Positions 39,410 through 51,407 of a DNA stretch of 64,000 bases are shown in pieces. The notes beneath the pieces are model-generated. The model worked only from the letters and a program-made list of their open reading frames with translations, searched no databases and was not told the origin of the DNA. The translations under genes and the position numbers were made by a program. Each line of letters starts with the position of its first letter. Position 1 is the first letter of the stretch. This DNA is from Squalus acanthias (Eukaryota), in contig CM059433.1 in NCBI GenBank assembly GCA_030390025.1, forward strand, positions 96,348,001 through 96,412,000, read 5' to 3'.

Positions 39410-40698
39410 CTTTACACAAGTCTCCATCCAGTCTGACCTCATTACCTCTCTCACCATTGACAGATTGCTTCTGTCATCTCTACTGCACCTGCCATCTATT
39501 CCATCAGCATGGGTGTCCTTTATACTCTCTCACCGTGGTCCTCAGAATCCCACCACGATCTGCCCCAACACCAGCAGCACCAGGCACACCAGCAGCACCA
39601 ACAACAACACCAACCTCCTCCGCAATCACCTGATGCTGCACAGGACAGAACGCATCAGCACCCGACCACATTGCTGCCCGGGAGGCCAGGGATGGCCAGC
39701 TTTACTTCACTTGACGCTGTACACCCTGGCTGCCACCACTCCACACCAACACCATAAAGCATCCCTACAATGCCCAAGCCATTCCTTTCACACTCATCAC
39801 CATTGCGGGGAGTACCGTTATGTGTCACCATTCACTGCAACTCACTAAGCCACTTCCAAAGGTGCACATAAATTTGTCCAAGAATGCAATGTGTTGAAAA
39901 TAAAGGTTTCAATGTTTGACACCACATTAACAGAAACTTTACATGAACATTGCATAAGACACTCAAGTGCCACCCTTGTGTATTGTTAGTTGGTATGGTT
40001 GCACTAGGATGAGGGTGAGTGTGAGGGGTGGCTAGTGAGATGGAGATGTGATAATGTAGATAGAGAGGGATGGGTGGAGGTGCAAGGTAAGTTGGTGTGA
40101 GTAAGGATGTGCAGGAGTCGGGCAGGGAAGGCAGAGTGATGGGGATGTGATGAGAGGCACAGCAGGATGAGGTTGAGTGTGGCTTTGTGCTAACGTTTTG
40201 TGATCTACTGAGATCATTGAAACGTTTGCAGCACTGCACCCAGGTCCTCCTGACCACATCCCTGTTTGTGCCTTCCTGTGCAATGTGCAACTGGGCTGTT
40301 TTGATCTCCTGGGGAGGTCTCTTCCGTCCATGGGAAGGGAAGAGAACCTCCCTGCCTGATGTGACTCCATCCATAAGCATATGGAGGGAGTCATGGGAGA
40401 ACCTGGGTGCAGCCCTGCATCTCTGTGCGGTGCTTGGCAGTGTTCACAGCACCTCAATGCTGTAGGACACTGATAGCCCAAATGTCAAAATAAATTTAGG
40501 CATGGTCCCTTTAAGGAAACTGGCTGATGACGCGTCATCAAATGATGTCACCAGACCTGCTTCCTCTAATTGGCTGGGAAACGTGCTGGGCGGGCTTAAC
40601 AAGCCCTATTAATGGAAGTTCATTTCAGAAGCCGGGATGGAGGCAGCAGTGGTGTCAGGACCTGCCACGGATCCGTCGAGGTTCGTAAAATCGTGGCC
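39410..40698 (-). mobile_element. Non-autonomous Harbinger (~1.75-kb family), copy 3, inverted and truncated at the CR1
   Basis: Reverse complement of ~7184-8440. End AAAATCGTGGCC at 40687-40698. ORFs 39832-40380 (Myb relic) and 39509-39757 (transposase N-terminus). Confidence 0.87.
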
Positions 40699-41439
40699 AA
40701 TGATTTAATTAAATTTATCCACTGATTTTTTTTGTTTGTCTTTTCATACTTTCATTAAAGTTTTATACTTGAAGGCTTCAGCGTCTCCCAAAAGCAATGG
40801 CTGGACTTAATGAGGGTGAAATTGGTCTTGAGCAGAGCCCAAAACGGGCAACAGTGAATCAGCCGCCTGTTTTACACCTCACCCGATTTTCTTTTTCATT
40901 GACTTCAATACTCAGGGCTGTATTTTCTCCATCACACCACCCCAAATGCAGCTTGCAGATTTTATATTTTGATGCCTTAAATTTCCTCAGGTTTTCCCAT
41001 CTTTTTGCATTGGCAAGCGATCTCCTGTTCACTTTGAGCATTGCCATGGGAAAACTGGTAGTAATATATTAAAATTCTTGGGGGTAGAAATTAGGTCGCG
41101 CCCCATTTGGGGCGCAAATATCGTCCGCGCGCAAATATTAGCGCCTGGCGCTAATTATCGGCACTGACAGGAAACTTCACTTTTACCGCCCCGGGAGGTG
41201 AGTGGAGCGCTAAATTAGGCGCTGCACACCTCTCTTAAGGCGCAAAGGCCTAGGAGTGAGGCGCTAACTCAGCGCACGAGCGCAGCGCAGCTGCTGCCAG
41301 TTAGCGAGGGAACACAGACACACTGGCGCCGGACACTTCTTAAAGCGGGGGGGGGGCCACTTGCTCCCCAGCCACACCCTGCTCATTGCAGCCTTGAATC
41401 TCAGCCTGGAGAGACCTGTAATCCATTTTGCTGCCAAGC

Positions 41440-43543
41440 ATGGAGAGGGTGAGAGAACGCGCTCATCGCTTCACCGAGCGGGCCTTGGATGCTCTGGTTG
41501 ACGCAGTGGAGCGCAGACGATGCATGCTGTTCCCAGAGAGTGGCAGGAGGCCTTTGCCACGCGAGTTCAGAAGAGTGTGGAGGGAGGTGGCTCAGAGCGT
41601 CTCCTCCAGGAGCATGGTGCCCAGGACCCATGTCCAGTGCCGCAAAAAGTTCAACGACCTCACTCGGGTCGTCAGGGTGAGTGGCTTTTTCTCAATACCT
41701 CTCCATCCCTCCATCTCAACCTCACTCTATGGCCAGAGGGTCTTAAAACCCCAATGCACAACACTCATGCAACACCTATGGCCCTTTCATCAAACACACA
41801 CACACATTCCACACTTTGCATACAGTAAGGGCTATTCACCTATGGGAGGCACATCAGGCAAGACCATGGCTGCATATTGTAAGGGCTATTCACCTATGGG
41901 AGGCACATCAGGCAAGACCATGGCTGCATATTGTAAGGGCTATTCACCTATGGGAGGCACATCAGGCAAGACCATGGCTGCATACAGTAAGGGCTATTCA
42001 CCTATGGGAGGCACATCAGGCAAGACCATGGCTGTATATTGACTCAGATGCTGTCCTTTTTCTTGCAGGCTAAGCTGGCTCATAATCGGAGACAGCAGCA
42101 ACGGACGGGTGGAGGGCGGCTTCAGCTGCAACCCCTCAGCGATCTGGAGGAGCGCGTCCACAGGATTGTGGCAAGCCGGGTGATCGGTCCCGTCGCCACT
42201 GGAGACGCCGACCCCGTTGTGGACAGCAATGGTAAGGTCATCACCTTTTTGTCCTCTGTCCTTCCACTTGTCCCTCACAATACCAGTCTTTGACACTTTC
42301 AATCCAACTTGCTAACTCGCTGCACTTATTCCTCCCTTACTGCCACCCTGTCCTCACGCTAAAGCCACTCTTGTACCTCCCTGCTTTCAGATGGTGATTC
42401 ACCAGCTGAGGAGATGGTCCCTGAAGCTGCCACTGGGAGTGATGCTGCAGCTGAGGAGGAAGAGGAAGCCGGAGCATCAGTGCCACCCTCTCCCGAGGAA
42501 GCCCATGGCCACACTGGGAACACGCCTTCCCCGGAGGGGAGCAGGGGGGAAGGGGCTGATGATGGTGAAGTTCCAGGACCCAGCGGGCTGCAGCAACGCC
42601 ATTGGGGGGGGAGGGAAGAACGGGGGAGCAGGGGGGAAGGGGCTGATGATGGTGAAGTTCCAGGACCCAGCGGGCTGCAGCAACGCCATGGGGGGGGAGG
42701 GAAGAACGGGGGAGCAGGGGGGAAGGGGCTGATGATGGTGAAGTTCCAGGACCCAGCGGGCTGCAGCAACGCCATGGGGGGGGGAGGGAAGAACGGGAGC
42801 CTTCTCCCCAGAGGGAGAGTATGCCAGACACTCCTAATGCAATGGACGCAGAGGAGGAGCGGCTGATTGCAGAAATGAACAGCCAGGTGGTGGTCATGCA
42901 CACTGAGCTCATGGGTGCAGTGGGAAGGGTGCCCGAATGCATTGAGGCACTGGCAAGGAGTGTGGAGCACTTCGCTGTAGCACAGGCGGATGCCACACTA
43001 AAGCTTACTGCTGCAATTCAGTCACTGGCTGCCAGGAACCCATCTGAGCCTGCTCTCATGCAGACTCAGATTGAGGCCACGCGAGCACTGACTGCTGCCA
43101 TCCTCGATGGTTCGTGCACATGTCCCCGGGGCTGTCACCGCGCCGCAGCAGGCCAGCAATCTGTTCTCAGGCAAATTGCTCCGGATGCTGAAGTGCTGCC
43201 CCGTGGGAGTGCCAGTGTGTCGGGCGAGCAGGGAGTTGCTGTCCTCTCTCACGATGACAGCATTCCTGCTGCCAACACTGTCACTTCTCCACTGCACTTG
43301 CCACCGCCTGTAGGACAGACTGCTGCCGCCCATGCAGAGTTGGTGCAGTCTGCAGCCGGGCCCTCCAGGCCCAGAAGTGGTCGAGGCCGTCCTTCAGGGG
43401 CATCTGCAGTGTCAGGGTCTGACAAGCAGCAGCCTTCCACCAGCCTTGCTGCAGCCACTGAGGTCCCATTACGGAGGAGCAGTAGGGTTAGAAGGGGGGA
43501 AGTGCGCAAGGGAAGGAGATCACCCTCGAAGGGCAAAAAGTAG
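41440..43543 (+). CDS. Harbinger Myb/SANT-like protein, exons 41440-41676, 42069-42231, 42391-43543 (one -1 frameshift in a poly-G run near 42690)
   Basis: MERVRERAHRFTERALDALVDAVERRRCMLFP...VWREVAQSVS...QCRKKFNDL. Canonical donors (GTGAGT, GTAAGG) and acceptors (TTGCAG, TTTCAG) with compatible phases 0 and 1. Basic C-terminus. Confidence 0.87.
41818..42040. repeat. 54-bp tandem repeat x4 in intron 1
   Basis: TAAGGGCTATTCACCTATGGGAGGCACATCAGGCAAGACCATGGCTGCATA recurs with period 54. Confidence 0.95.
42536..42797. repeat. 87/86-bp tandem repeat x3 in exon 3
   Basis: GATGGTGAAGTTCCAGGACCCAGC at 42561, 42648 and 42734. Confidence 0.95.
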
Positions 43544-43837
43544 GAGGTGTGCCAAAATGCTGGTCATTTTTTTATTAAAGGCCGAGGTTCATGGGCCAAC
43601 TTTTGTTTAGTGTTTTGGACATTATCTCCAGGTTGTGAGAACCAGTTATGTTATTGACTGTTTTTTTGTGTTTATTTCTATGAGTTTGTCATGAGGAATT
43701 GACACACACAGAGTTTGTACAATAAATAAGTTTCTGTATTCAAAATATACATGGCTGGTGGTTGGAATTATTGGTGCCTTGGCCGGCTTAGGGGTTGCGT
43801 GCTGGGTTGATTCGTGTTTGTAGCACTGGCAGGGGCC

Positions 43838-44998
43838 CTAGAAGCGGCTTGCTATTAGTCGTTGACGGACGGCCCTTGCAGTTTGACCATTGTGGGCCGC
43901 CCTCCTGCCTTGGTGCTGCTGCTGATCATCGTCCTCGGCCTGTTCCTCCTCTTCCTCCTCCTCCTCTTGTGGTGCTGCAAGGCCTGGTGGCATTGGCTGC
44001 GTCCTGAGGATTGCCATGTTGTGCAACATGCAGCACACCACTACGAATTTGGAAACTTGCTCAGGCGAGTACTGCAGGGCTCCTCCGGAATGGTCCAGAC
44101 AGCGGAATCGTTGTTTGAGCACGCCGATTGTGCGCTCAATAATGTTCCTCGTTGCTTGTTGGCTTTCCTGGTACCGCAGCTCAGCAGAGGTGTTTGGCGC
44201 ACGGAGCGGTGTCATCAGCCAGGTGCTCAATGCGTACCCCTTGTCCCCCAGAAGCCAACCAACTGGCTGATGCGGTGCCTCGAAAATTTCTGCCACAGTA
44301 CTCTGGCGCAGGATGAAAGCATCGTGGCAGCTGCCCGGATAGTGGGCATTGACAGTGAGAATCACCTGTCTGTGGTCACAGACCAACTGCACATTCAAGG
44401 AATGGAACCCCTTTCTGTTCCTGAATTCCTCTGCATTCTCTCGCGGAGCACGCAAAGCCACATGCGTGCAGTCAATGGCGCCCTGCACCATGGGGAAGCC
44501 CGCTACCCTCGCAAAGCCCATAGCACGGTCATGCTGCTTGTCTGGGGTCATAGGGAAGGAGATGAAGTCTCGTCTCCTTGTGAAGAGGGCATTGGTGACC
44601 TGCCGGATGCAGCGATGCACCGCAAACTGGGAGATATTGGCGAGGTCCCCAACAGCAGCTTGGAATGAGCCAGTGGCGTAGAAGTTCAAGGCCACTGTGA
44701 CCTTCACTGCCACCGACAGAGACGTCCTGGACCTCAGCTGAGGCTGCAGATCTGGCTGCAGCAGGTGGCAGAGCTCAGTGACCACCTCCTTGCTGAATCG
44801 CAGCCTTCGCAAACACAGCTCCTCGGACATGTGGATGTAGGAGAGCTGTTCACGATATACCCTGGGAGGGTAAGCTCTCCTGTACATGCGCCTGATGGGC
44901 CTCCTCCGTCTGGCCATCATTGCCACTCTCTGTCTGCGTCTCACTCTCCTCCGATTGAGCTGGAGCAGGACGACGCCCCCAATCATTGCAGCCCCCAT
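43838..44998 (-). CDS. Harbinger DDE transposase (HARBI1-like), 386 aa, intact
   Basis: Uninterrupted ORF with HTH region and [53 protein letters not shown]. Confidence 0.96.
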   Translation of the reverse strand: MGAAMIGGVVLLQLNRRRVRRRQRVAMMARRRRPIRRMYRRAYPPRVYREQLSYIHMSEELCLRRLRFSKEVVTELCHLLQPDLQPQLRSRTSLSVAVKVTVALNFYATGSFQAAVGDLANISQFAVHRCIRQVTNALFTRRRDFISFPMTPDKQHDRAMGFARVAGFPMVQGAIDCTHVALRAPRENAEEFRNRKGFHSLNVQLVCDHRQVILTVNAHYPGSCHDAFILRQSTVAEIFEAPHQPVGWLLGDKGYALSTWLMTPLRAPNTSAELRYQESQQATRNIIERTIGVLKQRFRCLDHSGGALQYSPEQVSKFVVVCCMLHNMAILRTQPMPPGLAAPQEEEEEEEEQAEDDDQQQHQGRRAAHNGQTARAVRQRLIASRF

Positions 44999-46169
44999 CT
45001 TCTCTTTGCCAGAAAAGTAATGAGGTACAGCAACGAAAGTAGCAGCAAAGTTAGGATGAACTAGGCAAAACTACCTCACAAAGCGTTGAGTCAATGTAGA
45101 AGTCTCTCTCTCTCTCTCTCCGAATCTCTCTCTCTCTCTCAGAACGAGTGGTGCATAAATGTCGACCACAGAAAAAGACAGGAAGAGGCCCCCTTTAAAT
45201 AGCGCCCCCCCCAGCCCCAGACCGATTGATAACGTTCCAGTCTTCCGGTCGTTGGAAGCGCCAGGCGGTAATGCAGGGGGCGCCACTCAATTTCCGCTCC
45301 GGGGCGCCCCAAGGGCGTTGCACCACGGACTGACGTCACAATCTGCGCGCGCAGGTGGTCGCAGCGGTAAGTTTTAGCGCCGCCGCACAATCTCAAGTTA
45401 AGTTCTCGAGCGGCGCAAACAGCGCTGCGCCCGGGCGTTAGCGCCTTAACGCCCCATTAGCGCCCATTTAAGGCGCTAACGGGAGGCGCAACCAACTGAA
45501 TTTTTACCCCTTGAGCTTTTTAAGTTTGTTAAAATTGTGACAATTGGAAACACTTCAATAACTCGTGTGTGGCATTCAATAAGATTAATTTCAACTGGGT
45601 AAGGTAACACTGAGAAGAGATGCCTGCAATATATACCTCCTCTATCCTTGGCATGATTGCACTCCTGTTCTCTTCACTTCAAGACCTAAACCTCTCTCTA
45701 GCTCTTCTTACCACCATTACCAGCTTCACTACAAGCTCTCCAACTGTTTCCTGATTCCAACATCCTGAAGGTATTTTTCATACTTTTCAATATTTTATTT
45801 TGTTTCTTTATGCCTTTTGATTTTGTTTCTTTAATCCCTATTTCCAAAATAAATATTTTCTTCTGCCTCTAGCTGCCTTCTGTCTCCCAGTCAAAAAGTG
45901 GCTGTGCGCTGTGAGCACGTAATTTAGGAAGTAACAAAATCAAAAGATTGATTTCAAAATAAATATTTGAATACCAACCTTCCCCACTTCCGGGCCCTAC
46001 TCTTTTTGTTGTGCCTGCCCGTTTGTTTTTTCTTTCTTGCTGCCATCCTGCTCCACTCTCAAGACCTTCTCCAGAGGCCATGCTGGTCTATTGATTTTTT
46101 TTTCGTACGCACACATCGTGGCCCCACAAAAGGAAATCTGTGGCCAGAAATGTCAAAGTCTCTTTTCAT

Positions 46170-46265
46170 CAGATGAAAGGTCATCGACCTGAAACGTTAA
46201 CTTTGTTTCTCTCGCCACAGATGCTGCCTGTCCTGCTGAGTATTTCCAGCATTTTCTGTATTTAT
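46170..46265 (+). repeat. Copy of the hammerhead-bearing short repeat with a damaged or truncated core
   Basis: CAGATGA A AGGTC-ATC-GACCT GAAA CG TT AACT...ACAGATGCTGCCTG...TTTCCAGCATTTTCTG. Confidence 0.75.
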
Positions 46266-48115
46266 TTAATTTATCAGGTTCTGCCCGAGGTTTTGGCTCC
46301 CTTCTCCATGGCCTGGTTATCATCCCTACTCCTTGCTCTGCCACCACCTCTAGTTTTTTCACTCTTTTTTTCACTTACTGTCCCATCTCTTACCCCTCCT
46401 CCTTTTTTATCTTTTTTTTTCATTTTTGAACTTTTCACTTGAGGTCCGAAACACCCCCTTTTTTCATTCTCTGTTCTTAACTCCCTTTGCATATGTTTTC
46501 TTATATATGCTCTGTCCCAACAGTTCACATACAGCTACATAAGAACATAAGAAATAGGAGCAGGAGTAGGCCATTTGGCCCTTTGAGACTGCTCCGCCAT
46601 TCAATAGGATCATGGCTGATCTTCTTCCTCATCTCACTTTCCTGCACTATCCCCATATCCCTTGATTCCCTTAATATTCAAAAATCTATCGATCTCTGTC
46701 TTGAATATACTCAACGACTGAGCCTCCACAGCCCTCTGGGGTAGAGAATTCCAAAGATTCACCACCCTCTGAGTGAAGAAATTTCTCCTCATCTCAGTCC
46801 TAAATGGCCGACCCCTTATTCTGAGATTGTGACCCCTGGTCCTCGAATCCCCAGCCAGAGGTAACATCCTCCCTGCATCTACCCTATCAAGCCCTGTAAG
46901 AATTTTGTATGTTTCAATGAGATCACCTCTCATTCTTCTAAACTCTAGAGAATATAGGCCTAGTCTACTCAATCTCTCCTCATAGGACAGTCCCCTCATC
47001 CCAGGAATCAGTCTGGTGAAACTTCATTGCACTCCCTCTATGGCAAGTATATCCTTCCTTAGGTAAGGAGACAAAAACTGTACACAATGCTCCAGGCGTG
47101 ATCTCACCAGGGCCCTATATAATTGCAGTAAGACGTCTTTACTCAAATTCTCTTGTAATAAAGGCCAACATACCATTTGCTTTCCTAACTGCTTGCTGTA
47201 CCTGCATGTTAACTTTCAGTGATTGGTGTACAAGGACACCCAGGACCCTCTGAACATCCAACATTTCCCAATCTCTCACCATTTAAAAATGCTCTGTATT
47301 TCTATTTTTCCTACCAAAGTTCATGTTCTCGCCCATTCACTTAGCTTGTCTATATCCTCTTGAGGCCTCTTTGCATCCTCCTCACAACTTACATTCCCAC
47401 CCAGCTTTGTATCATCAGCAAACTTGGGTATATTACATTTGGTCCCATCATCCAAATCATTGGTGTAGATTGTGAATAGCTGAGGCCCAAGCACTGATAG
47501 TTGCGGTACCCCACTAGTTACAGTCTGCCAACCCAAAAATGATCCGTTTATGCCTACTCTCTGTTTTCTGTCCATTAACTAATCCTCAATCCATGCTAGT
47601 ATATTACCCCAATCCCATGAGCCCTAATTTTGTTTAATAACCTCTTGTGTGGCACCTTATCGAATGCCTTCTGAAAATTCAAATACACTACATCCACTTG
47701 TTCCCCCTCATCTATTCTGCTAGTTACAACCTCAAACAATTCTAACAGATTCGTCAAACACGATTTCCCTTTCATAAATTCATGTTGACTCTGCCCAATC
47801 CTATTATTATTTTCTAAGTGCCTTGTTGCCACGTCCTTAATAATAGATTCTAGCATTTTCCCTACTACTGATGTCAGGCTAGTTCCCCGTTTTCTCTCTC
47901 CCTCCTTTCTTAAATAGTGGAGTTACTTTTGTTACCTTCCAATCCGCAGGAACCGTTCTAGAATCTATGGAATTTTGGAAAATGACAACCAATGCATCCA
48001 CTATCTCTATAGCCACCTCTTCCAAAACAGTAGGACGTAGGCCATCAGGTCCAGGGGATTTACTCGCTTTCAGTCCCATTAATTTCTCCAGTACTATTTT
48101 TTTACTAATACTCAT

Positions 48116-48811
48116 GGGCCATATTTTCAGATGCCTATGGGTGTGTACGCGCTGTGAAACGTATGCGCTGAAAACCGACATTTCCGATCTGTCAAGAATG
48201 CTCTTGAGAGATCGGACGCCTGCCCTAGAGAAGGGCCTCTGTGGGTGGAGTGTTCCACTTTCTGGAGCGCCTCCGCCCGCAGAAAACCCTTAGAAATCTT
48301 ACGCCTGCTTTTACCAGCATAAGAGTTGAAAAAAAGTAAAAAAAAAAAAAAATTTCTTTACTCATTTATAATTTAAAAATACTTTAAAAAAAGGTAAGTT
48401 TATTTTTAGCCCCGTAAAAAACTATAATTATTTTTTCAAAAAATTAAATTTTTGTTTAAATTATTTAATTTATTGTAATTTCAACTAATTTTAAAAAGGT
48501 GATGGTTTTTTAAAATTTATTTAATGTTTTACTATGTTTTTGGGGTGATCTCCATTCATATATTTGAAAGGTCTATCTGTCAAGTGTATGAAGGGAGATT
48601 CCCTTCTGCTATTGGCTGGCCTGGCCCACGTGATCCCAGGGACGCTTGCGAACTGCATGCGCCTCTGGGATACGTGGGCCCTGCGCACTTGGAGTTTGGA
48701 GAGGCCCAGGAGCGGAAGTATAGGCGCCTGGGAGCCCTCAGGTAAGTTCGTAGATTTTTCCAGGTCAGAGGCCTCCGCACGCAGGAAGCCTCCGATCGGA
48801 AAATACGGCCC
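48116..48811. mobile_element. Harbinger-type MITE with AT-rich core
   Basis: TIRs GGGCCATATTTTC / GAAAATACGGCCC, flanks CAT/AAT. It interrupts CR1 ORF2. Confidence 0.85.
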
Positions 48812-49155
48812 AATTTCTTTCAGTTCCTCATTCTCGCTAGAGCCTTGGTTCTCCACTATTTCAGGAAGTTTTTTGCGTCTTCTTCCATGAAGCCAGACAC
48901 AAAGGGCTGGATTTTCCGCCCGGAGGTGGGTTCACGACAGATTATGTGTTTGGCGGGTTACGGTCCTGTTCCCGGTTCCAGCCGCTCTGCGCTAACGATT
49001 TTGAGTAGATTAGGCTTATTTAGCCCGCTGTGCGCGTTACCCGACCCAATCAGTGTCTGCGTGTCTGCTGATCTCCTGTGATGACGTGTTCGAGGCCGTT
49101 GTATTTAAGGGGGCCATGTCCCCTTTGGCTTTCACTTTCATTTTGCTGCTCCTGA

Positions 49156-51075
49156 GTGCTGGTGTTTGCCCATCGAACAAAGGCTGCTCCCCGTTTCGAC
49201 GATGGCTCCCTCCATGTTCTTGTGGAGGGAGTAAGAGGGCACAAGGAGGTACTGTTTCCTTCTGATGGAAGTAGGAAGCCTGCTCAGCACACCAAGGCAG
49301 CCTGGCTGCAAATAGCTGAGCAGGTCAGTGCAAGGTCTATCTTTACATGCACCTTGGTCCAGTGTAGGAACAGGTTCAATGATCTCCTGCGTTCAGCAAA
49401 AGTGAGTATAAAAGCACACTTACCTTCATTCTGCTGTGCCTGTCTTCACATCCCCATCACTCTGCATTGCCAGCCCTACTCCTGCACATCCTAATTCACC
49501 CCGACATCCCTTGCACCATCACCCATCTCTCTCTCCCTATGTATAGAATCACATCCCCATCTTACTATGCACCACTCACACTCACTCTCAATATTATGCA
49601 TTGACAACAACTAACAACTCACAAGGGATGAAATTGGTATTGGCAACTCACTCCATCATAGTCTCCCTCTAAACATCAATCCTATCCATTCTTTACACTC
49701 ATTCCATCACTCTCACTAAAGCTGCACTTCTGTCCCTCATTGCAGGAAAAGAGATCCCACAATAAGAGGGAGAGGGAGAGAACAGAAGGAGGACCACCAT
49801 CCATGGCGCAGCTCACCCACGCTGAGGAGGCAGCTCTGGACATTGTTGGAGGTGCTGGGGAGCTTGAAGTGGGGGATGGAGAGATGGGCTCAGCCGAACA
49901 ACCTGGTGACAGAATTATTTTCCAACCATCTGATTTGGCATTCATGAGTGATTCATATGGGATCTGATGTTCATAGAAATTGAGTGCTCATCATGTGCAT
50001 AATGGGATGTGTCTGCAACCTACATATCGCATGTCTAACTCATGTCTTTACTCTCCCACAGGACCATCAAGAGCCCACCTTCCTACTGTTCAGGAGGAAG
50101 AGCAGGAGGACTCCTCAGTGGAACATCCAGCCTCCGAGGGAGCAGCGTCAGCAGAAATGAGAGCACCCAGCACCAGCGCAGAGACGCACACCTCGGTGGG
50201 TCCACCGCGAGATAGAGTAGTGTTGTCACCTGGTGTCTCACAACTCACAATTGAGCAAGATCAGATGATGGAGACAGGGACAGCAGTGGAGAGTCCTCGT
50301 CGGAGGCTGGAGGACTCTCCTAGCTTTGTTGAGCTGCATGCAGACCCTGAGCTTCGGGGGCCATCCAGAAAGTGAGTGGTGCTGGGGCTTCAGGAGCAAG
50401 TGCAGGAGGCTCTGACTGGGTTAGAACTACGGTGACTGCGAGTGTGCAGAGAATGGAGGAGTCCATCTCAAACATGAGCAACGCCATGGCGCACGCACTG
50501 GCAACTCTAGGTCCCGCCATGGAAAGGATGGCAACCTCCATGAAGGACATAAATCGGCAGACTCAGGAGAACATGGTAACACTTCTAAATAGATGGTCAG
50601 CTATGGAGGATAGATGGGCATCTATCGAGGAGAGAAAGCAGAGGTTCATGGATGTCTTTGTTATGAGGAATGTCAGTACAGACATGGGTCCTCATGGCCC
50701 CACTGATGTGCAGCAAGGTGCTCTCCAGCCACTTGCTAGCAGAGAAGTGTGGGTGGCCATGAGAGGGATGATGGTGGGAGGGGACATGGAAGTGGGGGCT
50801 CCTCTCCAAGCGCTCACACTGCCATCCCATTGCCAACCCCTCGGACAGAGGCCCAGATGCCTCCCCCAACAGAGATGGCCGAGTCTGCCCCTGCACAGCC
50901 GCAGGAGGAGCAGACTTTGGCGGGGCCCTCACAGGCTCCAAAACCCTGAGGACGACCGCCAAAGACAACTAAGCAGGCGCAGCAGGGAAGTGAGCAGGCT
51001 CCATATGCATCTGCTGAAGCCACAGCGGGAGCACTACGTAGAAGCACGCATAAGAAAAAGCTAACACACAAATAG
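49156..51075 (+). pseudogene. Harbinger Myb/SANT-like gene, 3 exons (~49156-49401, 49746-49905, 50062-51075), decayed
   Basis: KAAPRFDDGSLHVLVEGV...EVLFP...AWLQIAEQVS...QCRNRFNDL; EKRSHNKRERERTEGG...LTHAEE. Stops and frameshifts in exon 3. Start codon not identified. Confidence 0.82.
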
Positions 51076-51213
51076 TCACAAGGGTAGTCACTTGGGTGCT
51101 TTCATATAAATCAATGTTACGTTTGTGTTATTTTATTTTATTGTATTAAAATAATATCATGTGAATGTTTCAATGCGTTGCAAGGGGTGAGGGCGCCTTT
51201 CATCTGTAGCAAT

Positions 51214-51407
51214 TGTCGTAAGAATGAGCCTTACGCGTGGTGAACTTAAAGTAAGCTTTAATCAACTAAAAAGGTGCTACATACAAAAGAGGTCTTACTC
51301 TATGCCTCTCTAGGATCCAACTGATCAGCCCAGTATTTATCCTGGACTAATCACAGGAAGTGATGTAATAAAGTTCAAGTCACAGGAAGCTGTATTGTGT
51401 TACCACA
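51214..51407 (-). repeat. 3' LTR
   Basis: Matches 56816-57009 with two mismatches seen by eye. Confidence 0.97.

Larger units (their letters stand above)
41081..45510. mobile_element. Full-length PIF/Harbinger transposon, nearly intact
   Basis: TIRs GGGGTAGAAATT / AATTTTTACCCC, perfect TTG TSD, CpG-rich subterminal GGCGC(T/A)AA arrays and two convergent genes. Confidence 0.97.

Noticed and set aside
41818-42040. CRISPR-like array (also 30911-31039 and 42536-42797)
   Set aside because: Units are head-to-tail with no unique spacers, there are no cas genes, and the context is eukaryotic.
43838-44998. Domesticated host gene HARBI1, with NAIF1/MSANTD for the Myb ORF
   Set aside because: Bounded by TIRs and a TSD, with multiple related copies in the window. 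These are transposon genes.
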